A DNA stretch of 28,627 nt from a virus. Its lineage: Duplodnaviria; Caudoviricetes. The position numbers and the translations under genes are program-made. This document shows positions 19,486 through 27,383 of the stretch, one piece after another. Numbering within the stretch: position 1 is the first letter of the stretch; the number at the start of each line of letters is the position of its first letter. The stretch spans positions 1 through 28,627 of the IMG/VR virus record IMGVR_UViG_3300020408_000030. One strand, 5' to 3'. The notes under the pieces are model-generated. The model was not told the DNA's origin. It made no database searches and was given only the letters and a program-made list of their open reading frames with translations.

Positions 19486-20161
19486 ACATTTTCATGGAAA
19501 AGAAAATAGAGATCTTATAAAGCATAAACATTTTGTATATGAACAAGATGGTGTTTATCATAAAAAAATTACCAAATTCAGAACGCGCCATTGGTTTAAT
19601 GATCCAGCTCGTGGTAAATCATATGCAGAAAATAAGTGGTTTAAAACTTATAAGAAAAGATTTAATAATCATCCTAATTTTGTATCTTTATTACACATTG
19701 ATTTTGATGACAAATATTATAAAATGAGTAAAATCGATTACATTTGTACATTATATGAAAGATTAGATAATTTACTAGTAAATCAAGCAGCAAAAAAATA
19801 TTCTAAAAATAAAAACAAATATTTAGAAGATGAAAAAGAATGTATACAAAAAATATTTAATCAATATAAAATTATTGTAAATTATATTCTTTCGTTTAAC
19901 GACAATTTTTTACATACTGATATATGGGGTTATCAAAATATATTAGTTGATAAAAATAATAATCTATTCTTAATCGATCCAGACGGATTTTCACATTTAA
20001 GCAGATATCACTCACACTGGGCAAAATATAAGATGTATAAAAACCTAGCAGATATCAAAAGAATAGAACTTTTCATTATAAATAATGATATTAATATCTC
20101 TTGGGAAAGAATTAGATACGGTTATTTGTCAGATAGTTGTAAAATACCTGCATCTATTTAA
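19478..20161 (+). CDS. Protein-kinase-like/phosphotransferase-fold protein
   Basis: HPNFVSL, catalytic-loop-like FLHTDIWGYQNILVD and metal-binding-like LIDPD. Confidence 0.62.
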   Translation: MSRHFHGKENRDLIKHKHFVYEQDGVYHKKITKFRTRHWFNDPARGKSYAENKWFKTYKKRFNNHPNFVSLLHIDFDDKYYKMSKIDYICTLYERLDNLLVNQAAKKYSKNKNKYLEDEKECIQKIFNQYKIIVNYILSFNDNFLHTDIWGYQNILVDKNNNLFLIDPDGFSHLSRYHSHWAKYKMYKNLADIKRIELFIINNDINISWERIRYGYLSDSCKIPASI

Positions 20162-20172
20162 ACTTTATATTA

Positions 20173-20180
20173 TATAAATA
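20173..20180 (+). promoter_or_regulatory. T4-type late promoter TATAAATA
   Basis: Exact consensus in the intergenic gap upstream of the ATG at 20214. Confidence 0.78.
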
Positions 20181-20213
20181 ACATAAATAGTTTTTTTAAG
20201 GTATTTTATATAA

Positions 20214-20576
20214 ATGGCTAGGTACGAAGAATTCACTATAGATAAAGGTTCAGACGTTTCAATTCAATTGGAATTGACTGATGCGGGTGGTGGAAAGAAA
20301 AATCTAACTGACCACTCATTAAGAGCAAGAATAAAGAAAAATTATAATGATAGCGCAGGAGAAGCTATTAACTTTTTTACAGCAATACCTCTTGAAACCC
20401 AAACTCAGGGTGTTGTTACTTTAGGATTGACGCATGGTCAAACTAAAAGTATGAAAGCTGGAAGGTACGTGTTTGATGCTGAGTTAAATCATATTGCTGC
20501 AGGTGGACTTCGAATAAAGGAACGTGTTTTAGAAGGTATTATTACTGTTACGCCTTCTGTAATGGATTCGGCATAG
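20214..20576 (+). CDS. Small virion structural protein (beta-sandwich, BppU-N-like)
   Basis: IDKGSD...GVVTLGLT..QT..MKAGRYVFD...RVLEGIITVTPSV, a pattern seen in marine T4-like virion proteins. Confidence 0.7.
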   Translation: MARYEEFTIDKGSDVSIQLELTDAGGGKKNLTDHSLRARIKKNYNDSAGEAINFFTAIPLETQTQGVVTLGLTHGQTKSMKAGRYVFDAELNHIAAGGLRIKERVLEGIITVTPSVMDSA

Positions 20577-20585
20577 GAGAAATAA

Positions 20586-23015
20586 ATGGCGACAATCGTA
20601 AATACAATCACACAATCGACTCCGAGTTCATCACCGGCTGAGGGTCAAGAAAAGAAAAATTTCGATTCGTCAAGAATAGACTTTTTATCAAGTTCATTCG
20701 CAAATATTGATTCAGGAAGATATACAAATCTTCATATCGATTCAAGCCATATTAATACATTAACTGCTAATAGTATTTCCTTTACTGGATTAAATGTTGA
20801 TTCAGGTAATATTACTACGCTATCAACGACTACTCTAAACCCTGCTACTATAAATGCTACTACCATAAATGGTGATTCTGGTAACTATGTAAATCTTACG
20901 GCCACTAATTTAACTGCTACTAATTTAAATATTAGTAATGGTACTACACTTTCTTTTTCAGGTATATTTACAAATTTAACGGCTGATTCAGCTAATATTA
21001 CAAATATCACATCGCATACTTTAAAAAGAACACCACCTGCCGGTGTAACGCCTGGCAAATACGGTCAGATGGGTGCTAATAGTAAATTATCTAAAGCGCC
21101 AATAATAACAGTTGACTCTTCTGGGTTTATCAATATAACAGATCAAGGCGCTGTTGCTGGTGTGGCAAGTACTGCTTTTGATAGTGCAAGTTTTAACTTT
21201 AGTATTAATACCACTGATAGTGGAAGTACACCAGTAGTTAAAATGGCTCATACAAGAAAGCCTGGTTTGGATGCGAGTGCGGGTTTTTATGGAACATCAT
21301 CTAAAATTCCAACAGTAAAAATAAATCAATACGGTCATGTGGATAGTATTGCTTTAGTTGATATTGCAGGAATTAGTAGTACAAACTGGGATTCAGCAAA
21401 CTCAACGTTTCAGATTACTCAAACTGATGGAAGCGTTGTAAGCGAAGTCATTAACGGTTGGGGTGACAATCAAAAAATATTTTTAGGTACTGGACAAGAT
21501 TTACAAATCTATCATGATACAACAAACAGCGTTATTAAAGATAACGGTGATGGTAGTTTAATTCTTGCTAGTGATAATGTCGCTATTCAAAATGTTGGTC
21601 AAACAGAAACGATGGCTACATTTCAACAAGATGCAGGTACTGCTTTATATTTTGACAACGGACAAAAATTAGTAACAACAACGGCTGGTGTTCAAGTTAC
21701 TGGTACTATGACAACAACTTCTGGAATTACTGCAGGTAGTCATATCTTACCAGCAACTGATGGCGACGTTGATCTCGGATCTGCTACAAAGAAATTTAGA
21801 GATTTACATTTAAGCGGTTCAACTCTTAAAATCGGAACTATACAATTTAAAGATAGCGCATCTGGATTAAGAGTAGAAAAGATTACTGGCAATGAGGTAG
21901 TTCCGATTGTTTTTAGAGAACTTAACGTTGATTCTGCTACAGTAACAGGTAATATTACCGCAGGTACTTTTACAGGTGACGGTAACGCTCTTACTAATTT
22001 TAATCCAGCTCAAATTAGAACACATATAACTGCAGGAACTGGTGTTAGTTTCGTTGGCGGAGAAATTGCAATTGGTCAAGCAGTTGGTACTGGTAATGAT
22101 GTACAATTTAAAGATCTTATATTAACTGGAGACTTAACAGTTCAAGGTAATACAACTACTTTAAATACCGCAACCTTAGATGTTGAAGATAAAAATATTA
22201 CGATTGCAAAAGGTGCAGCATCAGCGGCAGATGCAGATGGTGGTGGTATAAACATCGAAGGTGCTGGTGCTAATTTTACTTACACAAGTAGTAATGATAG
22301 ATTTAATATGAATAAAGACCTTCAGGTTTCCATGATGCATGGTAACGTAACAGGAACAGTATCATCACTAGCAAATCACGATACAGATGCTCTTTCAGAA
22401 GGTTCTACGAATCTTTATTTTACACAAGGTAGAGCAAGACAATCTATTAGCGGTGATAAGGGTTTAACTTATAACTCTGGTACCGGAATCATGGACGTTG
22501 ATTCATCGAATATTATAGAATTTACAAGAGCTTCTTTAGGAGGTGATAAAGGTTTAACCTATAATACTACAACCGGTGTCATGGATGTTGATTCTGCTAA
22601 TGTAAAAGAAATGTTTACTGGTGTGAATAACATAGTATATAATAATTCCACCGGTCAAATTCGTACAAATATAACAAGTGCAGATCTATCAACAGATAGT
22701 TCTTATTTAACTGCCACATCATCTAATCAAGTAATATCATCAATATCAGCATTAACTCATAGAAGTGTAAAGTTTTTAGTTCAAGTACGAGTTGATGCAG
22801 GTGGAGAAAAAGTTCAAACTTCTGAGATAAATGTTATACATCAAGGTGGAAATGCATTTATGACAGAATACGGTAGAGTAGGTAATACTGACGATAATTT
22901 GGCTACTTATGATGCAGACATAAACACAAATAATTTAAGATTGTTAGTGACTCCAGCAAACGCAAATACAGAATTTAAAGTATTTAAAACGGCAGTCAAA
23001 ATCAATACAACTTAA
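20586..23015 (+). CDS. Tail fibre-like virion protein, 809 aa
   Basis: AGGAG RBS; T/S/G/N-rich; fibre motifs GTGQDLQIYHD, DLGSATKKFRDLHLSG and GDLTVQGNTTTLNT..LDVEDKNI; internal repeats. Confidence 0.78.
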   Translation: MATIVNTITQSTPSSSPAEGQEKKNFDSSRIDFLSSSFANIDSGRYTNLHIDSSHINTLTANSISFTGLNVDSGNITTLSTTTLNPATINATTINGDSGNYVNLTATNLTATNLNISNGTTLSFSGIFTNLTADSANITNITSHTLKRTPPAGVTPGKYGQMGANSKLSKAPIITVDSSGFINITDQGAVAGVASTAFDSASFNFSINTTDSGSTPVVKMAHTRKPGLDASAGFYGTSSKIPTVKINQYGHVDSIALVDIAGISSTNWDSANSTFQITQTDGSVVSEVINGWGDNQKIFLGTGQDLQIYHDTTNSVIKDNGDGSLILASDNVAIQNVGQTETMATFQQDAGTALYFDNGQKLVTTTAGVQVTGTMTTTSGITAGSHILPATDGDVDLGSATKKFRDLHLSGSTLKIGTIQFKDSASGLRVEKITGNEVVPIVFRELNVDSATVTGNITAGTFTGDGNALTNFNPAQIRTHITAGTGVSFVGGEIAIGQAVGTGNDVQFKDLILTGDLTVQGNTTTLNTATLDVEDKNITIAKGAASAADADGGGINIEGAGANFTYTSSNDRFNMNKDLQVSMMHGNVTGTVSSLANHDTDALSEGSTNLYFTQGRARQSISGDKGLTYNSGTGIMDVDSSNIIEFTRASLGGDKGLTYNTTTGVMDVDSANVKEMFTGVNNIVYNNSTGQIRTNITSADLSTDSSYLTATSSNQVISSISALTHRSVKFLVQVRVDAGGEKVQTSEINVIHQGGNAFMTEYGRVGNTDDNLATYDADINTNNLRLLVTPANANTEFKVFKTAVKINTT

Positions 23016-23860
23016 TAACGGCAGTTAATATTACAGGATAGATCATATGCCTATTAGAAAAATAACGTTACAGAGAGCAGCTACAGATAAGCCGCAGCTA
23101 GGGATAGATTTTATTGATTCGAGTTTTGCGTTAGACTCATCAGAAGCAATTCAACTACTAGGATTTAACCCAACACTTGGTGGAAGTTTTGTAGACTCTG
23201 CGGAAGCTAGAAAACTTATTGAAGGAGATAAAGGTTTAACTTATAACTCTGGTACAGGTGTTATAAGTGTTGACTCAGCAAACATCAAAGAAATGTTTGA
23301 AGGAGATAAAGGCTTAATCTACAATAATTCTACCGGCGTTATGAGCGTAGATTCTTCTAATATTATAGAATTTACTCGAGAATCAATATCCGGCGATAAA
23401 GGTTTAACTTATAATAATACTACTGGCGTATTTAATCTAGATTCAGCAAATGTTAAATTAATTTTTGGAACAGATAATAAAGGTTTAGTTTATAGTAATG
23501 GTACATTTAACGTTGACTCTACAAACATAAAAAGTTTTACTGTTGCTGATGCTATCAATAACGGTATCACGGATGTTGCACCTTCACAAAATGCGGTATT
23601 TGATAATTTAGCTTTAAAAGCAGATATATCACTTGTTCCAACTTTAGGCGATGATTTTGTTGATTCGGCCGAAGCAAGAAAATTAATTTCAGGTGATAAA
23701 GGATTAACATATAATAATGCAACCGGTGTTATGGATCTCGACTCTGCTAATGTTACAGAAATTGCTCGAGCAAGTATTATATCACATAATAAAGGAATAA
23801 CATATAATAATACTAGTGGTGTTATTCAAGTTGACTCTTCAAATATTAATGCAATAGCTG
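22452..23860 (+). repeat. GDKGLTYN..TG...VDS(A/S)N repeat family (about 25-29 aa) spanning the end of the 809-aa gene and the start of the 1195-aa gene
   Basis: Two full copies plus one degenerate copy in the first gene and about six copies in the second; DNA blocks such as GGTTTAACTTATAACTCTGGTAC and AATATTATAGAATTTAC occur in both genes. Confidence 0.85.
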
Positions 23861-26634
23861 ACGCAAGAATAACCACTGCCTTAGCTGGTAATATTATAAT
23901 CGGTGGTAACTTAACAGTTACTGGTACATCAACAACCACAATATCGAATACAGTTAATATCGGTGATAATATAATTGTATTAAATGCCGATGAAACTGGA
24001 GCTGCTTCGCAAGATGCAGGGATCGAAATAGAAAGAGGAACAGATACTAATGTTCAACTTAAATATGATGAAAGTTTAAATAGATGGCGTTTTACTAACG
24101 ATGGTACAACTTTTCAAGATTTAGGAGCAGGTACTGGTGATATTACCGGTGTTAATATTACTGCTGGCACTGGACTAACAGGTACGGTAAGTACGTCTTC
24201 AGGTGATCATACACAAACACTTGATGTTGATGTTGGTACTGCAGCTAATAAAATAGTTCAATTAGATGGTACTGCAAAGTTACCAGCAGTTGATGGTTCT
24301 CAATTAACAAATCTACCATCCGCATCAACCGCCTTTACTTCTTTAACAGATACGCCTGCTAATTTTACTGGTGCTGCAACTAAAATAGTAAGAGTTAATG
24401 CCGCTGGAAATGCATTAGAATATTTAACTGATACAACATTAGTTGATGCTGATTTTTCTTCTGCAGGTTTAATGAAAACAGATGGAGCTGGTAATTATTC
24501 GTTAGTTACAGATGCAAGTGCTAATTGGAATACCGCATTTGGTTGGGGCAATCATGCTAGTGCTGGTTATTTAACATCGCAAACATCTCATGCTGATGTT
24601 TTAGTTGATGGTGATTTTTCATCAGCAGGTATCATGACAACAAATGGTTCTGGCACTTATACTATAATTACAGACAATAGTTCAAATTGGAATACTGCGT
24701 TTGGTTGGGGTAATCACGCCAGCGCTGGCTATCTTACTGGTACTTTACCAACTATAGGCAATGATTTCGTTGATTCAGCCGAAGCTGCTAAAATACCAGA
24801 AACTGAATTTAGCGTAACAACAGCAAATGGCGGTGTGTACAAATTTACTGGCGATGGTTTCCCCACTCAATCAGGTGATAATCCACCTATCTTTTTTACT
24901 CGTGGTAAAAAATATGTTATAAACAATTCTTCTCATTCAGCACATCCACTTTATATCAAAACAGTTGGCGGAGCTGGAACAGGAAATCAATATACATCGG
25001 GAGTGTCTGGACAAGGAACTGTTAAAGTTACTTTTGAAGTTCCAATGGATGCTCCAAAGAAATTATATTATCAGTGCTCTATTCACGCTGCTATGCAGGG
25101 TGAAATTTTCATTGCAAATCCTGAACATGGACCTGACTCTGCAGACGTCAATACATTAGCAGATGCTAGAATAGCTGCTGCTTCAATTAACGCTTTATCA
25201 GACGTAAATACTGCAGGTATATCAAGCGGCCAAGTTTTAAAATATAACGGATCACAATTTGTAGCAGGTAACGATTCGAGTACCGTTGGTATTCAATTCG
25301 CAGATTCAAATGGAACATTAGCAACATCAGGTACGTTAGTAACTTTTACTGGAGCCGGTGTTGTTGTTTCCGGAACAGGCGCAAGTAAAACTGTTAATAT
25401 TTCAGGTGGTGGCGGCGGTGGTGGTGGCACATTATCTAATGTTGTCGAAGATACGACTCCACAACTTGGTGGATCATTAGATGTAAATGGACAAAAGATT
25501 GTTTCAACATCTGGTGGTGATATCGATATTGAACCAAACGGAACAGGTGATGTTTTACTTGGTAACTTTAAGTTTGATGCTGATCAAACGGTTGGTTCTG
25601 GTCAAGATAACTACGTATTAACTTATGATCATTCTGGCGGAAAAATAAGTTTAGAAGCTGCTTCTGGTGGTGGCGGTGGAAGTGCTATTACAATACAAGA
25701 AGAAGGATCCTCGTTATCAACTGCCGCATCTACAATTAACTTTGTTGGTGCAGGCGTAACTGCTACTGGATCAGGAGCAACTAAAACAATTACAATTGGT
25801 ACAACAATTGCCACTGGTAATATAGCAGAAACATTTACTGGTAACGGATCAGATACCGCTTTTACTTTAACAAATTCTTTCACAACTAATAGTGCCGTCG
25901 TATTTTACAATGGTCAACATTTAACACCAACTTCAGATTATGCAATAAGCGGTCAAACATTAACATTTACATTTACACCTGTTAATGGTTCCGAACTCGT
26001 TGTTAGAAATATAAATGCCGGTAGAACAAAAGTTGATACATTTACAGCAAATGGATCCGATACCGCATTTACAACAACAAATGTTTATAGTAAAATTGAA
26101 GAAATTATGGTATTTGTAAATGGTAGTTTATTAGTTCCAACTACTGATTATACATTTAGTGCACCAAGTACTGTTACATTTACTTTTACACCAACAAACA
26201 ATTCTGAAATAGCTGTAAGAGGTTCTGGTGAAAACGCAATACTTGCGAATAGATTTACATATGTAGCAACTGCAAGTCAAACAGCATTTACCGGTAACGA
26301 TGCTGCTGGTGCAACAATGGCATTTACAGCAGATAATATTGACGTATATTTAAACGGATCAAAATTAAGTAAGCAACAAAATGATTATTCAGTAAGTGGT
26401 GGTAATACAGTAACGCTTACTACTGGAGCAACCCTTAATGATATTTTAGAAGTAGTCGTAATGGATCCATATGAAACGGCTAATGTTTTACAAACAACAA
26501 ATAATTTAAGTGATTTACCAAATGCGGCAACTGCAAGAACAAATTTAGACGTCATAAGTTTAACAACTTTAAAAGCAGAAGTTGCGGCTTCAGCAGACTT
26601 TGCAGCATTTAAAGCCAGAATAGCAGCATTATAA
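23047..26634 (+). CDS. Modular tail fibre-like virion protein, 1195 aa, with a cupredoxin-like domain
   Basis: Several repeat families, poly-Gly hinges, GNLTVTGTSTT...IGDNIIVLN, DTTPQLGGSLDVNG and HPLYI...YYQCSIHAAM. Confidence 0.8.
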   Translation: MPIRKITLQRAATDKPQLGIDFIDSSFALDSSEAIQLLGFNPTLGGSFVDSAEARKLIEGDKGLTYNSGTGVISVDSANIKEMFEGDKGLIYNNSTGVMSVDSSNIIEFTRESISGDKGLTYNNTTGVFNLDSANVKLIFGTDNKGLVYSNGTFNVDSTNIKSFTVADAINNGITDVAPSQNAVFDNLALKADISLVPTLGDDFVDSAEARKLISGDKGLTYNNATGVMDLDSANVTEIARASIISHNKGITYNNTSGVIQVDSSNINAIADARITTALAGNIIIGGNLTVTGTSTTTISNTVNIGDNIIVLNADETGAASQDAGIEIERGTDTNVQLKYDESLNRWRFTNDGTTFQDLGAGTGDITGVNITAGTGLTGTVSTSSGDHTQTLDVDVGTAANKIVQLDGTAKLPAVDGSQLTNLPSASTAFTSLTDTPANFTGAATKIVRVNAAGNALEYLTDTTLVDADFSSAGLMKTDGAGNYSLVTDASANWNTAFGWGNHASAGYLTSQTSHADVLVDGDFSSAGIMTTNGSGTYTIITDNSSNWNTAFGWGNHASAGYLTGTLPTIGNDFVDSAEAAKIPETEFSVTTANGGVYKFTGDGFPTQSGDNPPIFFTRGKKYVINNSSHSAHPLYIKTVGGAGTGNQYTSGVSGQGTVKVTFEVPMDAPKKLYYQCSIHAAMQGEIFIANPEHGPDSADVNTLADARIAAASINALSDVNTAGISSGQVLKYNGSQFVAGNDSSTVGIQFADSNGTLATSGTLVTFTGAGVVVSGTGASKTVNISGGGGGGGGTLSNVVEDTTPQLGGSLDVNGQKIVSTSGGDIDIEPNGTGDVLLGNFKFDADQTVGSGQDNYVLTYDHSGGKISLEAASGGGGGSAITIQEEGSSLSTAASTINFVGAGVTATGSGATKTITIGTTIATGNIAETFTGNGSDTAFTLTNSFTTNSAVVFYNGQHLTPTSDYAISGQTLTFTFTPVNGSELVVRNINAGRTKVDTFTANGSDTAFTTTNVYSKIEEIMVFVNGSLLVPTTDYTFSAPSTVTFTFTPTNNSEIAVRGSGENAILANRFTYVATASQTAFTGNDAAGATMAFTADNIDVYLNGSKLSKQQNDYSVSGGNTVTLTTGATLNDILEVVVMDPYETANVLQTTNNLSDLPNAATARTNLDVISLTTLKAEVAASADFAAFKARIAAL
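24439..24737 (+). repeat. Tandem duplication with 162-nt (54-aa) period: LVD.DFSSAG.M.T.G.G.Y...TD.S.NWNTAFGWGNHASAGYLT
   Basis: Copies start at 24439 and 24601; NWNTAFGWGNHASAGYLT is identical in protein but diverged at synonymous positions. Confidence 0.88.
25828..26460 (+). repeat. Three C-terminal beta-rich domains of about 70 aa (FT.NGSDTAFT...V..NG......DY......TFT..P)
   Basis: Copies begin near 25828, 26035 and 26251 in the translation. Confidence 0.75.
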
Positions 26635-26648
26635 TAAAGGATATATAA

Positions 26649-27347
26649 ATGTCAAGAGCTAGAGAAAGAGCAGATAGAGGTGGAACAAGTCCGATTAGGA
26701 TCGGTACGACTATCTTAAACAAAGATAGCGCCGGTGACTTAACGGTAAAAGATAGTGCCCAAGTTCTTAAAAAAGTAATTGCAGCCGAAGTTCAAGTTGG
26801 AACCGGTGCTGATAAAATTGTTATTAAAAGAGATAGTGACACAGGTAAAGTTGCTTTTAAAACAGCGGATAGTACAGGCGTCGAGGCCATTACCGACTTT
26901 GGATCTGTGTTATCAGTGGATTCTGCTAGTCTTTTACCTGTATCTGGTAATGCTAAAGGCGATTTAAAATTTGTAACGAATTCAAAGGCATTATATCTAT
27001 GGGACAGTTCAGCGTGGGTAAATTCAAATGCAGTAACAAGATTTTATTTTGTAGTAGCTGGTTCTGTTGCTGCTTCAACTGGTACGGTTCAGTTTGTTCC
27101 AGATAGAACAATAACATTACAATCTATTACAGCTAAAATTGATTCTGCAGTTGGTGCAGCTCTTGTTTTTACAATTAAGAAAAACGGAAGTGCATTACAA
27201 CAATTTACGTTACCAGCTGGTGATACAAGTGTAAGCGCTAACTTTTCAAGTGGTGCTGCATATTCTATTACAACGAGTAATAACTTGACATTAGATGTTG
27301 ATAGCGGGACCGCTACTAACTTATCAGTAAGAGTTAATTATTATTAA
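26649..27347 (+). CDS. Hypothetical virion/fibre-associated protein, DS-rich
   Basis: 232-aa ORF with AAGGA RBS; MSRARERA N-terminus and LP.SGN.KGDLKFV...LYLWD..AW fibre-type motif. Confidence 0.7.
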   Translation: MSRARERADRGGTSPIRIGTTILNKDSAGDLTVKDSAQVLKKVIAAEVQVGTGADKIVIKRDSDTGKVAFKTADSTGVEAITDFGSVLSVDSASLLPVSGNAKGDLKFVTNSKALYLWDSSAWVNSNAVTRFYFVVAGSVAASTGTVQFVPDRTITLQSITAKIDSAVGAALVFTIKKNGSALQQFTLPAGDTSVSANFSSGAAYSITTSNNLTLDVDSGTATNLSVRVNYY

Positions 27348-27355
27348 TATAAATA
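27348..27355 (+). promoter_or_regulatory. T4-type late promoter TATAAATA
   Basis: Exact consensus immediately after the stop, followed by AGGAG (27370-27374) and ATG at 27384. Confidence 0.78.
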
Positions 27356-27383
27356 CTAAAATATAAATTAGGAGTATTAACAA

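Noticed and set aside
20077-20084. Additional TATAAATA inside the kinase-like gene
   Set aside because: It is intragenic in very AT-rich sequence and could be chance; a better-placed copy exists at 20173.
14288-20161. DNA hypermodification or 7-deazaguanine pathway
   Set aside because: No recognisable DpdA, QueC/D, FolE, thymidylate synthase or hydroxymethylase homologs, and the context is late structural. Disfavoured but not formally excluded.
22452-24737. CRISPR array or DGR template/variable repeats
   Set aside because: The repeats are in-frame coding repeats that differ mainly at synonymous positions rather than only at adenines; there are no unique spacers and no cas or reverse transcriptase gene in the window.
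20586-27347. DS motifs as phosphopantetheine attachment sites
   Set aside because: They lack the carrier-protein GxDSL helical context; the following residue is mostly A/S/G in beta-rich fibre sequence.
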